A DNA stretch of 29,435 nucleotides. It comes from a virus (Duplodnaviria; Caudoviricetes). The position numbers and the translations under genes are program-made. The stretch covers positions 1-29,435 of the IMG/VR virus record IMGVR_UViG_3300023314_000007; one strand, 5' to 3'. Under the pieces are notes generated by a model. That model did no database searches. It was given only the letters and a program-made list of their open reading frames with translations, and was not told where the DNA came from. Positions 1 through 8,306 of this stretch are shown in pieces. How positions within the stretch are numbered: position 1 is the stretch's first letter; each line of letters starts with the position of its first letter.

Positions 1-2967
1 CTCGGTGGTATTCTCGGAGCTATGAGTACTGCATTGGCAAAGGGACGCGGACGCGAAAAGAGTCCTCTTGATGATATTAAGGTGGCCGAACTTCCATTCT
101 TCCAAGCTAGTCAACGATTAGCTCCTGAGCAACAAGCTCGTCTTACTACAGTATTACAGACTAACCCAGATCTTGCTAACCGCGCTCTACAGATGAGTGA
201 CGATGAAGCAGTTAAGTTTACAGATACGTTACTCAAGGGACCAACTCCTTCTAAAACTCCAAGGGGTGCAGAATCAGAGATTGTCGCTCCAACTCCTGAA
301 GCGCCTACTAATCCATTCGCAGCTCGAACGGACGAAATTCCTCAACCTAACACCATAACTCCTGCTCAGAACTCGATTGTACCGGACCTAGAAGCTGCGG
401 CTACATCATCTAACCCGGCTGAATATCTAAGAAGCCGTCAAGCCAGTGAAGCTGTATCAACTCCTGACCGATTCGTTGGTGAAGATGTAGATACATTGAC
501 ACTTCCTACATATGATGGTGAAGCAGATGTTAAGGTCCTATCAGATCTTGCAAATAACTCATTACAGAAATCTTCAAGCGGCATTAAGAATGGCGCTGTT
601 GAACGTGCCAAGCAAGAAATTGAAAATGGTACCGCACTTCCTATCCGTATCCGTCAGACTCCTGAAGGTGGAATCGTCATTGAAGACGGCCGACACCGAC
701 TCCAGGCTGCAGTTGAACTTAATCTCCCTTCTTACCCTATTGAAGATGTTAGCGCATCTTATGGCGGTACTCCAGTTAAGACTATCGCGGCAGAAGTTAC
801 CCCTCAGGTTGATATTGGTGAAATTACTATGGATCTCAGCCCTGCGGACCGCGCAGCTGCGGCATTAGGACAATCACCTCGTGCACCTAAGACTGCAAAA
901 CCTACTGAATTAGCTGTAATCGGTGACGTAGATTCTGATCTTGCTCGAGAAATCGGCATTGATACAGGTAAACTTGATCCAGAAGTTGCTAAAGCAATCA
1001 CATATCTTACTCAAGGTAAAGTTGCGAGTGATGCAAGTGAGAAGGCTACAAAAGCTATCGGTCGTTATCTAAGCGACTCTATTGGTTATGCCACACGAAC
1101 ACTCGGTGAAGCCGGTGCGCGTACTGCAGAATCATTGGTCCGTGGAAGCAAAACAAAAGCAGATATGAAAACAGCACTCCGACCAGAAATGGTAGAGATT
1201 GTCAAGCTATCTAAGAATATCGCCGGTAAAACAGAAACAGCTCGTATTCAAACAGGTGCAAACATCGTTAAAGCACTTGAAGATCGTGAAAATGTTGCCA
1301 AATATATTACTGATCCGGAGACGCGTCAGCTTTATGACCGTATCGTTACAGTATTCGACACCATTAAAGAGCGTATGATCGCCGAAGGTATGCCAGTTCG
1401 AGACAACTATAGTCCATGGAACATGCTTAAGGACTACTCTGAAAGCCCTAGCTACCTAGCTGAAGGTCTTACAGATAAGAAGACTCGAGTTGTCTCAGGT
1501 AACGCTATGGAGCGAAGCCTCGATGAACGACCACCACTAACGAACAACAATATCTTAGAAGTTCTCCCTCGATACGTCGATGGGATGATTAACCACATCT
1601 CATTTACACCTGTACTTGACGAATTTACAGATGCATTAGATAGTGTTCCTGCCCACATTCGCGCGAACACAAGTCAATTTAATGATGGCATCCAATACCT
1701 CAATAAGATGCTCGCTAACGGTATTTCTCAAGGATCATCTAGTGTTACAGATAAATGGATTAAGGGATTACAGAACAACGTCTATAGTGCCTTCTTGTGG
1801 AACAACCCTAAGAACGCGGCCTTTGCACTCTCTCAGAAGCTATTAGCTGCTGGTGATATTACTGCTGATGGACGTAATCTTGCGAAGGCATTTGATCCAG
1901 AAGATCTAAAGCTTGTAGATAGCAAAGCATGGTTCGGTGAGCGTACTGTATCCGGCGACATCGCTGGTGGCGCAGAAGCCTCAACCCGTGCCGGTGAAGC
2001 ACTCCGATCTACTAAGGTTGGTGAAGCTGCTCGTAAATACGATATTAACCGATGGGGTGAACAGAAGTCAGTTGAAGGGCCATTCCGACAAGCATTTGCT
2101 CAGGGACTTTCTCAGAGTAAAGCGTATACAGAAGCTATCGCATCTGGCAAAACTCAGTCACAAGCTATTAAGATCGCCCTCAAGGACCCTGCGGCACTAG
2201 CATTTGCAGAGAGAAGCGGTAACATCCAGGTTAATAATACAGCCTTCGGTGCTAACTCGTTAGCTCGACCAGAGTTCCTCCGTGATTCTTCAGCTGTCAA
2301 ACGCGCACTCACAATGTTCATGCGATTCCCTCTCGGAATCAGTAACTATGTTCGCGACACTATCCAGATTAAAGATGCTCGGGCACTTGACGTTATTCAA
2401 CGTGGAGATCCTCGAGCAACTAGTATTGCTAACATGCGCGGTGAATACAAAGCGTATCTTAAGGGACTTAAAGACGTAGAGTCTGCTGTTAAAGATGGCA
2501 AAGCCCCTGCAGATGCACCGACACCAGAGATCATCCGCGATCACATTAAGCTTGTAGAAGACAACGTAAAGATAATTGATAACACTATTAAAGATCTGTC
2601 AAGTCTTCGTGCCGGTAAACGTGTAGCTGCACTGTCAGCTATGTGGGCCGCGACTGCAGCTATTCAATTCGCATGGGACGGTATCGCAAGTACGATCAAC
2701 CCAGAAGCAGATGCACCTACAGTTGGTGGCTCAGTCTCTAAGACCGATCCTACTGTAGTAAGCCTCGCGAACCCATGGAACCAGAACTCAAAAGTCCGTG
2801 CAGGATTTAATTCTCCACTCAACCCAGTCAATAAATACGGTGGTATCAACAGCCGTACAGTCCTAAATGCAATCCCAGTTGTGGGTGCAATTAATACAGC
2901 CAGTCGCACAGTCACTGGTGGTAACGGTATCTCTGATTGGATTGATGATAGACTCCGTGGTAAGTAG
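1..2967 (+). CDS. Large internal virion / DNA-ejection (polyvalent-type) protein with embedded ParB/Sulfiredoxin-like domain; probably 5'-truncated by the window
   Basis: Frame is open from base 1 (first ATG at 22). At least 981 aa, Ala/Gly-rich. Motif LPIRIRQTPEGGIVIEDGRHRLQAA matches ParB/Srx DGxHR. Last gene before the lysis cassette. Confidence 0.65.
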   Translation, partial: LGGILGAMSTALAKGRGREKSPLDDIKVAELPFFQASQRLAPEQQARLTTVLQTNPDLANRALQMSDDEAVKFTDTLLKGPTPSKTPRGAESEIVAPTPEAPTNPFAARTDEIPQPNTITPAQNSIVPDLEAAATSSNPAEYLRSRQASEAVSTPDRFVGEDVDTLTLPTYDGEADVKVLSDLANNSLQKSSSGIKNGAVERAKQEIENGTALPIRIRQTPEGGIVIEDGRHRLQAAVELNLPSYPIEDVSASYGGTPVKTIAAEVTPQVDIGEITMDLSPADRAAAALGQSPRAPKTAKPTELAVIGDVDSDLAREIGIDTGKLDPEVAKAITYLTQGKVASDASEKATKAIGRYLSDSIGYATRTLGEAGARTAESLVRGSKTKADMKTALRPEMVEIVKLSKNIAGKTETARIQTGANIVKALEDRENVAKYITDPETRQLYDRIVTVFDTIKERMIAEGMPVRDNYSPWNMLKDYSESPSYLAEGLTDKKTRVVSGNAMERSLDERPPLTNNNILEVLPRYVDGMINHISFTPVLDEFTDALDSVPAHIRANTSQFNDGIQYLNKMLANGISQGSSSVTDKWIKGLQNNVYSAFLWNNPKNAAFALSQKLLAAGDITADGRNLAKAFDPEDLKLVDSKAWFGERTVSGDIAGGAEASTRAGEALRSTKVGEAARKYDINRWGEQKSVEGPFRQAFAQGLSQSKAYTEAIASGKTQSQAIKIALKDPAALAFAERSGNIQVNNTAFGANSLARPEFLRDSSAVKRALTMFMRFPLGISNYVRDTIQIKDARALDVIQRGDPRATSIANMRGEYKAYLKGLKDVESAVKDGKAPADAPTPEIIRDHIKLVEDNVKIIDNTIKDLSSLRAGKRVAALSAMWAATAAIQFAWDGIASTINPEADAPTVGGSVSKTDPTVVSLANPWNQNSKVRAGFNSPLNPVNKYGGINSRTVLNAIPVVGAINTASRTVTGGNGISDWIDDRLRGK

Positions 2968-2971
2968 ACGC

Positions 2972-3000
2972 TTGAAAGTTATGTATACAAGTGTCATTAT
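2972..3000 (+). promoter_or_regulatory. Putative sigma70-type rightward promoter for the lysis cassette
   Basis: TTGAAA-17 bp-CATTAT with TG extended -10. Resembles motifs at 4781, 20612 and 26563. Confidence 0.5.
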
Positions 3001-3029
3001 AAAAGAAACGATTAAAAGGCGATAGGCAG

Positions 3030-3272
3030 ATGGCGATTAAACAAAACAGCTCTGAGCCACCTATGGATCTGCCAACCATACATTATCGTGTGGGGATAGT
3101 AGAAGGCAAGGTGGAGGATGTCGAGACAGACATTAAGAGCGTGAAAGAAAACTATGTCAAGAAAACAGATGGTAAATTTATCAGGAATATCGGGGTACTC
3201 ATTGTCACCACGTTTATCACTGTACTCGTTACCCTCTTTGCTAAGTTTATCTTCAGCGGAGGTCTTAACTAA
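3030..3272 (+). CDS. Small membrane protein (coiled coil plus C-terminal TM helix; holin/XhlA-like architecture)
   Basis: 80 aa, one hydrophobic C-terminal helix, TAATG coupling to the next gene. Confidence 0.6.
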   Translation: MAIKQNSSEPPMDLPTIHYRVGIVEGKVEDVETDIKSVKENYVKKTDGKFIRNIGVLIVTTFITVLVTLFAKFIFSGGLN

Positions 3273-3955
3273 TGTTTAAGTCTAAACCTTTTAGAATTGT
3301 CGCTTACATCCTTGCTTCAACCCTGTTGGTGTTATCACTAACTTTCTCATTTATCACACTTTCACCTGTAGATGTACTCCAGAACTGGAGCCAGCAAACG
3401 GTTGAACAGCCGGCAAACGGGCAACTACCAACCTTCCAAGAAGGCGATACGGTAAAGATCAACACAACATCAAACAAGATCCGCGACATTGACGGAGAAC
3501 GAACGGTCTATATCGACTGTATCCAGGATGGAATTGAAAATCGATACAATGTGTCCACTGCTTCAGTCGGACGGGAACTAGGACAGAAAACAAGCGAAAT
3601 CTCCTACATCATCCCTTACGGAATTTCAAATCTTCCACAGACTTGTCACTTTAGTACATTCATTAACTATAATGTATATGGCATACGGGATCACGAAGAA
3701 TCAGTAAAGACAAATGACTTCATAGTTATGCGGCGCAATCCGACACAAACAGTAGTAACAAACAACACAACAACAGAAACACGAATCACAGAGGGCGCTA
3801 ACGCGGATCAATCAAACAGTCCGTCACCGCAAACTCCGGCAACACCAACAGTTCAAACAAACGACGAACAGAATAATAGCACAGAGACTAAGCAGGAAAC
3901 AGTGGTACAAGCAAAAGTATGTATCCCATTCACCGGCATTTGTCTCTTAAACTAG
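3272..3955 (+). CDS. Membrane-anchored/secreted lysis-cassette protein of unknown function
   Basis: N-terminal TM/signal segment, beta-rich middle with a Cys pair, T/P/N-rich linker, C-terminal CIPFTGIC. Confidence 0.6.
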   Translation: MFKSKPFRIVAYILASTLLVLSLTFSFITLSPVDVLQNWSQQTVEQPANGQLPTFQEGDTVKINTTSNKIRDIDGERTVYIDCIQDGIENRYNVSTASVGRELGQKTSEISYIIPYGISNLPQTCHFSTFINYNVYGIRDHEESVKTNDFIVMRRNPTQTVVTNNTTTETRITEGANADQSNSPSPQTPATPTVQTNDEQNNSTETKQETVVQAKVCIPFTGICLLN

Positions 3956-3967
3956 AGGAACAAAATC

Positions 3968-4777
3968 ATGGGAAAATGGATACAATTAATAGATGCAAAT
4001 ATGACAGTCGGCTACCAAGGTGGCTGGTGTCTTAAATACGTTCAAGATGCATATGGAACGGATCACCCATTCCCTACAGCTACGGCTGCTTGGAACTCGA
4101 GACAGGGTAATCACCCTAACGAAGTTCCTCCTATGGGAATCACCGTCCCTGTTTACTTCTCACTAGTAGGTGAACCAGCAGGACATGTCGCGATCCGATT
4201 AGATGATGGCTATGTAGCTTCATCAAGTAATCCAGGCTATCACCCTCGTCCGTTCTTTCACCCTAACCTCGATCACCTCATGCGATACTACGGAGCATAC
4301 CGCCCTGTTTACCTCGGCTGGAGTGAATACGTTGGTACTCGTAAAGTCGTTGGATGGGAAGACTACCGTGACGAATCTATCGGTGGAGAGGTTCCATTCG
4401 ATCGTCAGACTCAAGAAGATCCTACGTTACCCCTAGGTGAAACCAAGATTGCACAATCTGGTGTTACCGGTAACAACAGTAAGACTTACCGTATCCGTAC
4501 TATTGATGGACGCGAAGTCTCAAGAGAGCTTATTGGTGAGAACAACACCTCTCCAGTTGCAGAAATTACGTTGATCGGTACCTATGTGGAACCAGTAGTA
4601 GTTCCTGAACCAGAACCAGAAACTCCAAACCCTACCCCTGAAGACCCTGTGGTAGTAGCACCTCCAGTTAAGAGCGAGAATAACATCGGCGCTCAACTGA
4701 TCCGCGTATTGAAAGCTATCTGGGGACGTATCCTCGTTGCTATCAATAAGTATAATGAAGAACACAAAAAGGTCTGA
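3968..4777 (+). CDS. Endolysin: CHAP/NlpC-like amidase plus G5 domain, Pro-rich linker and amphipathic tail
   Basis: GWCLKYVQDAY (catalytic Cys) and GHVAI (His). G5-like VPFDRQTQEDPTLPLGETKIAQSGVTG...PVAEITLIGT. RBS GAGGA. Confidence 0.8.
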   Translation: MGKWIQLIDANMTVGYQGGWCLKYVQDAYGTDHPFPTATAAWNSRQGNHPNEVPPMGITVPVYFSLVGEPAGHVAIRLDDGYVASSSNPGYHPRPFFHPNLDHLMRYYGAYRPVYLGWSEYVGTRKVVGWEDYRDESIGGEVPFDRQTQEDPTLPLGETKIAQSGVTGNNSKTYRIRTIDGREVSRELIGENNTSPVAEITLIGTYVEPVVVPEPEPETPNPTPEDPVVVAPPVKSENNIGAQLIRVLKAIWGRILVAINKYNEEHKKV

Positions 4778-4780
4778 CCC

Positions 4781-4809
4781 TGGAAACGGGCCACACTATA
4801 TGATAAGAT
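4781..4809 (+). promoter_or_regulatory. Putative rightward promoter upstream of the holin
   Basis: TGGAAA-17 bp-TAAGAT with TG extended -10. Confidence 0.4.
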
Positions 4810-4841
4810 AACTATAAGAATTGTTAAAAGGTAAAATTGAA

Positions 4842-5117
4842 ATGGCAACTAAAGAAGACATCGTAGCACCAGTAGAATATAAAGTAGTCGAATTTAAGGA
4901 CACCCGTATCGGGCGTACTGTTCGGACCTTTGCTCAGGTATTCATTGCTATGGTACCGGTATTCCTAGGTATCGTTTTGATCCCTGAAGTACAAACCTTT
5001 ATTGCCGCTAATGTCGCCTGGCTGGTTCCCCTTTTACCACCAACGATCGCAGTAGTCACATTCCTGTATAACTATATTCAGGATAAACTAAAGGCTGCAA
5101 CAAAGACACAACTTTAA
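4842..5117 (+). CDS. Holin candidate (2 TM helices)
   Basis: GRTVRTFAQVFIA...VTFLYNY pattern, two hydrophobic helices, follows the endolysin. ATG 4842 is preferred over TTG 4821. Confidence 0.7.
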   Translation: MATKEDIVAPVEYKVVEFKDTRIGRTVRTFAQVFIAMVPVFLGIVLIPEVQTFIAANVAWLVPLLPPTIAVVTFLYNYIQDKLKAATKTQL

Positions 5118-5130
5118 CAGAAAGAGGAAT

Positions 5131-5301
5131 ATGCTTGTAGCACTCGCTTCAATCGCACTTTTCTCGGCCATCGCAGTATTACTACTTGCAAAGCTTATCC
5201 CTATTGTAGCAGGACTCATCCTGGCAGCAGTAGTTGTAGGATTCATTGCAGCAGTCATTCTGGTTATCGCCGGTATAGTGGCATTAGTCAATAGAGGCTA
5301 A
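5131..5301 (+). CDS. Very hydrophobic 56-aa membrane protein (not in the ORF track)
   Basis: AGAGGA RBS, MLVALASIALFSAIAVLLLAKLIPIVAGLILAAVVVGFIAAVILVIAGIVALVNRG*, ends at the terminator. Confidence 0.7.
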   Translation: MLVALASIALFSAIAVLLLAKLIPIVAGLILAAVVVGFIAAVILVIAGIVALVNRG

Positions 5302-5304
5302 AAC

Positions 5305-5333
5305 AAAAAGACACCAATTACGGTGTCTTTTTT
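5305..5333. terminator. Bidirectional rho-independent terminator
   Basis: AAAAAGACACC-aattac-GGTGTCTTTTTT between convergent operons. Confidence 0.85.
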
Positions 5334-5409
5334 ATTCCCCTTTGTTCTAAGAGCTGATATCATCTCGGGGAAGTCCGATATCTTATCCTCCTAGTTAAGT
5401 GCCATCCTA

Positions 5410-5706
5410 TTATATATCACGATATACTATTCTGTCAAGCCCCAGTTTGAATCTTTCTACATCCTCTGCGTTTGGTACTAGGGTAATGGTTGCTTTTCCA
5501 TTCTCTAAATCCCAGTCAGTTCGGTATTCAGATCTTACTCCTACCGCGAGCCATTGAGCACCTTTGTCCATCATATTTTTGAAAGACTCAGATTGCATAA
5601 GCTTCTCGATCATAGGTGGACGAGTCACATATTCTAAGGTTTTATTGTCAGGCTCAACACTCAAGTGGTAAGTCAGAGTCGTCTTCTTCGTAGCTGGGAC
5701 ACACAT
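5410..5706 (-). CDS. Hypothetical protein
   Basis: 98-aa ORF packed in the leftward operon. Confidence 0.6.
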   Translation of the reverse strand: MCVPATKKTTLTYHLSVEPDNKTLEYVTRPPMIEKLMQSESFKNMMDKGAQWLAVGVRSEYRTDWDLENGKATITLVPNAEDVERFKLGLDRIVYRDI

Positions 5707-5709
5707 CCA

Positions 5710-5952
5710 TTAGATTCCTATTGCTTCCATAAGTTTCGGTCGGTCAAATCCGAACACTATTTTAGTATCTTCACCTTCAGTAATCATTGTTACTGGGACC
5801 CTTGAGATGTCGAGAGTTTGTTGCAAGAACATTCTCGCGGCTTCGTCTTCATCAAGATTAACGTAAGTGTATTCTATCCACTTACTATCTAGCCATTGTT
5901 TTTCTGTTTTACAAAATGCACAGTTTGTTGTACCGTAGATAGTTATTTTCAT
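5710..5952 (-). CDS. nrdH: Glutaredoxin-like NrdH-redoxin
   Basis: ITIYGTTNCAFCKTEKQWL, VP cis-Pro motif, GFDRPKL. Confidence 0.85.
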   Translation of the reverse strand: MKITIYGTTNCAFCKTEKQWLDSKWIEYTYVNLDEDEAARMFLQQTLDISRVPVTMITEGEDTKIVFGFDRPKLMEAIGI

Positions 5953-6062
5953 TCAGGTATATCCAGTTCTACTGAGGTGTCAAGTGCTTTACTACCCAGG
6001 ATCTTAGCATAAACTTCAGGGTTAATCTCTGGGTTTACTATTAGCTCTGGTGATTTTTCCAT
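5949..6062 (-). CDS. 37-aa hypothetical protein (not in the ORF track)
   Basis: MEKSPELIVNPEINPEVYAKILGSKALDTSVELDIPE*, coupled on both sides (TAATG, ATGA). Confidence 0.55.
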   Translation of the reverse strand: MEKSPELIVNPEINPEVYAKILGSKALDTSVELDIPE

Positions 6063-6280
6063 TATTGACATCCTTCACAGGCAAATGCGTCTGCAGGGTC
6101 CGGTGGTACATATGTTTGGCCAGTATTCTCGGCGAAGTCTCTAGCCTCTGCTTCACGATCTGCCATAGCCTGATCGATCAACGCGAGCTTTTCATCCAGT
6201 GTGAGTTCATCGTTTAACAGTTCTTTGGCTAAATTTTGTTTAGCTGGTGTCTCAGTAGACGTTGCAAATTTCTCAATCAT
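6062..6280 (-). CDS. Small acidic protein ending in CxxC (DPADAFACEGCQ)
   Basis: 72 aa, AAAGGA RBS. The terminus resembles the redox tail of ribonucleotide reductase large subunits. Confidence 0.7.
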   Translation of the reverse strand: MIEKFATSTETPAKQNLAKELLNDELTLDEKLALIDQAMADREAEARDFAENTGQTYVPPDPADAFACEGCQ

Positions 6281-6302
6281 AGCTTTCCTTTTTTAGTTAG
6301 TC

Positions 6303-7079
6303 TTATACATTAACATAGACTGATTTGAGTTGTCCAGGGACTTTATCTTGGAGCCTGTGACGTACTGTTCCTCCACAAGTGGTACATCGGAAGATCCTAT
6401 ATGTAGCGCTATTGGTGTCGGTTGTGCCCCTAGACTGGAAGTTAGTTCCACCACAACGTGTACAGACATTTGGTCGTCCAGACATAATAGCCATATTCGG
6501 GTGATTGCGGATATATGGTAAGAATCTTTCGTATACTTCTTCGAGAGATATGATATCTCCCTTGTTATACTTCTCCATAAGCTTAAGGGTTTTTCGTGCC
6601 GGCTTATCACTCATAAAGTCAGTTTCAAGATCCGCGTATGTGATCTTTTCTTTTCTAGTTAAGCCGAGGAATTCAGTCAATTCATCCAAGCTATTGCCTG
6701 GGAACTTGAACTCGCGCCGTGCTACTAGTAATGTATCGATAGTTCTATAAGGGGCTGGTGGTACGAAGCCTTGCTCAACGAAGAAACGATTAGACATCTT
6801 ATTGTCAAATCCAGACGCGTTGTGAGCTATAGCTACATCCGCCTCATCTAACAATTCCCATAGAGCAAACACAAAATCTTTATAAGTAGAGAAGTCGTGA
6901 CGACTGAGGTAACTTACTTTTTTATCACCTCTCCATTTCCATGCGAAACTCATAAGCTGCTGGTGGCGAACGGTCTTTACAACCTTAAATTCCCACTTGT
7001 TTCCATAACCTTCTACGATCTGTCGAGTCACCTCGAGGTCGTATAATAATATCCTTGGTTCTCGTTCCATAAATTCCAT
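6303..7079 (-). CDS. DnaQ/RNase H-like 3'-5' exonuclease with C-terminal Zn ribbon
   Basis: LLYDLE (ExoI), AHNASGFD (ExoII), IDTL, YNKGDI (ExoIII), CTRCG...CTTCG. Confidence 0.85.
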   Translation of the reverse strand: MEFMEREPRILLYDLEVTRQIVEGYGNKWEFKVVKTVRHQQLMSFAWKWRGDKKVSYLSRHDFSTYKDFVFALWELLDEADVAIAHNASGFDNKMSNRFFVEQGFVPPAPYRTIDTLLVARREFKFPGNSLDELTEFLGLTRKEKITYADLETDFMSDKPARKTLKLMEKYNKGDIISLEEVYERFLPYIRNHPNMAIMSGRPNVCTRCGGTNFQSRGTTDTNSATYRIFRCTTCGGTVRHRLQDKVPGQLKSVYVNV

Positions 7080-7089
7080 TCTTAGATTA

Positions 7090-7241
7090 AATATACAATG
7101 TTGATAATAACTGCCCCTGTGACTAAAAGGTGTTATATAGGGGCAGTTTCGCTTTCTTGGCAGGGGACTAACATTCTCGAAGAGGTTAGCGGCTTACCTT
7201 CAGCTGTCACAGCCGTACCGTTATTATCAACATTCTATATT
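7090..7241. ncRNA. Putative structured RNA module closed by a 22-bp stem
   Basis: 7090-7111 pairs with 7220-7241 (1 mismatch) and encloses three hairpins. Strand uncertain; flanking transcription is minus. Confidence 0.55.
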
Positions 7242-7300
7242 CAAGGTGGCGGTGAAGTCCAGGAGAAAGACGACACCGCCAATAGGGGGTATAAGGGGCA

Positions 7301-7555
7301 CAGTTCTTACGAACTGCGAAGAGCAACCAATACACGTTAATCGGCTTTCCACCTTCAGGAAATCACCCCTGGGTAATAACCATGTGACTCGCAACACCTG
7401 TATCTTATAAACCGGCTACCCGTGATTAAATCGGACCGAGGGTCGTTTTTAGCTGACCAAATCATTGGGAAGTCTGCCTATAGTTCAGATCCTTCCAGCC
7501 TTGATATTTACTCCGCTGTGTGTCAAGTTGCTCTTCGCAAACCATAAGGTTCGCG
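7301..7555 (-). ncRNA. Putative structured RNA module (~250 nt)
   Basis: 13-bp inverted repeat 7315-7327/7527-7539. Flanking hairpins include CAGTTC-GUAA-GAACTG (GNRA loop on minus). G-U pairs favour minus. Confidence 0.55.
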
Positions 7556-7688
7556 GTTGTAGTCAGACGAGTACGGTGGGCCACCTGTGCTCTATATCGT
7601 CCAACGACTATACTGCCGGATCTCTATAGATACTCCACCTCGATGAATAACGGTCTTCTAGAAAGCACCGCACTAATCTGACTACAAC
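7556..7688 (-). ncRNA. Putative structured RNA module (~130 nt)
   Basis: 12-bp stem 7556-7567/7677-7688, continued by GUGCGGUG/CACCGUAC (G-U on minus). Confidence 0.55.
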
Positions 7689-7700
7689 TATTTTAAGGTA

Positions 7701-8300
7701 CTAATGCCTTGCTAATATCTCATAAGCGTACATTATTCGTTGAGATTGCATACACTTGCCACATCTCTCAAACTTGTTCTGGAACGCGATAGTCGCAGAC
7801 TCTACATTGTCATACGCTAGTACGGCATTTTTAGCTGCTATCTCTGTTCCATTTAGTTCCTCCATAAGATAATTAAGTTGAACATTTACGTTCAAGTAAT
7901 CACCTTTGGCGACTAAATTACTCCTACGGGCACCGATCCACTGGGCTAGTCCAAGACCACCCGGTACATCTGATGTGTTAAATCCGTGCTCCTGTTGTAG
8001 ATTCCCCATGATACCAGCAGTCTGATTTCGGGTGAATCCTTGGGAGATCAGAAAATTCCAAGCAATGCTTTCGTTTTCTGATGGAGTTGTTATTGATTGT
8101 GTAGGTGCTGGTTGCTGTTCTACTACGGGAGCCGGTTCCGGTAATACCTCTTTCGGGGTGTCCATTATCGGCTCAACTTTCTTTTCTACTTGTTGAGTAG
8201 TCACCTGTTTTGTTTCGGCGACTGGTGGTTCTTCTTTTTCTACCGGGAGGGCTAAGGTACTCAGTACCAAGGCCACCACGATTATTAAAATCTTAATCAC
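7701..8300 (-). CDS. Secreted phage-tail-type lysozyme
   Basis: Signal peptide, P/E/T linker, then AWNFLISQGFTRNQTAGIMGNLQQEH..GLAQW...QLNYLMEEL...FERC (Phage_lysozyme2-like). Confidence 0.85.
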   Translation of the reverse strand: MIKILIIVVALVLSTLALPVEKEEPPVAETKQVTTQQVEKKVEPIMDTPKEVLPEPAPVVEQQPAPTQSITTPSENESIAWNFLISQGFTRNQTAGIMGNLQQEHGFNTSDVPGGLGLAQWIGARRSNLVAKGDYLNVNVQLNYLMEELNGTEIAAKNAVLAYDNVESATIAFQNKFERCGKCMQSQRIMYAYEILARH

Positions 8301-8306
8301 TATCTC

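Noticed and set aside
512-2915. Short alternative-frame and antisense ORFs inside the 981-aa gene (likewise inside terL and trxB)
   Set aside because: Codon-bias shadows with no independent signals
5334-5406. ATG GCA CTT AAC TAG GAG... as a hint of TAG recoding
   Set aside because: Long genes are intact in code 11 and TAG ends genes at natural termini (e.g. SSB ...IPFN*)
7100-7215. Hammerhead-like CUGAAG...GAAAC on the minus strand
   Set aside because: Core is CUGAAGG, not CUGANGA, and stem I geometry does not fit
7098-7340. 80-aa plus-strand ORF
   Set aside because: Antisense to the operon, no RBS, overlaps stem-rich modules; likely spurious
7090-7688. Retron msr-msd, group I intron, RNase P or tmRNA interpretation
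   Set aside because: No reverse transcriptase in the window and none of the conserved core sequences recognised
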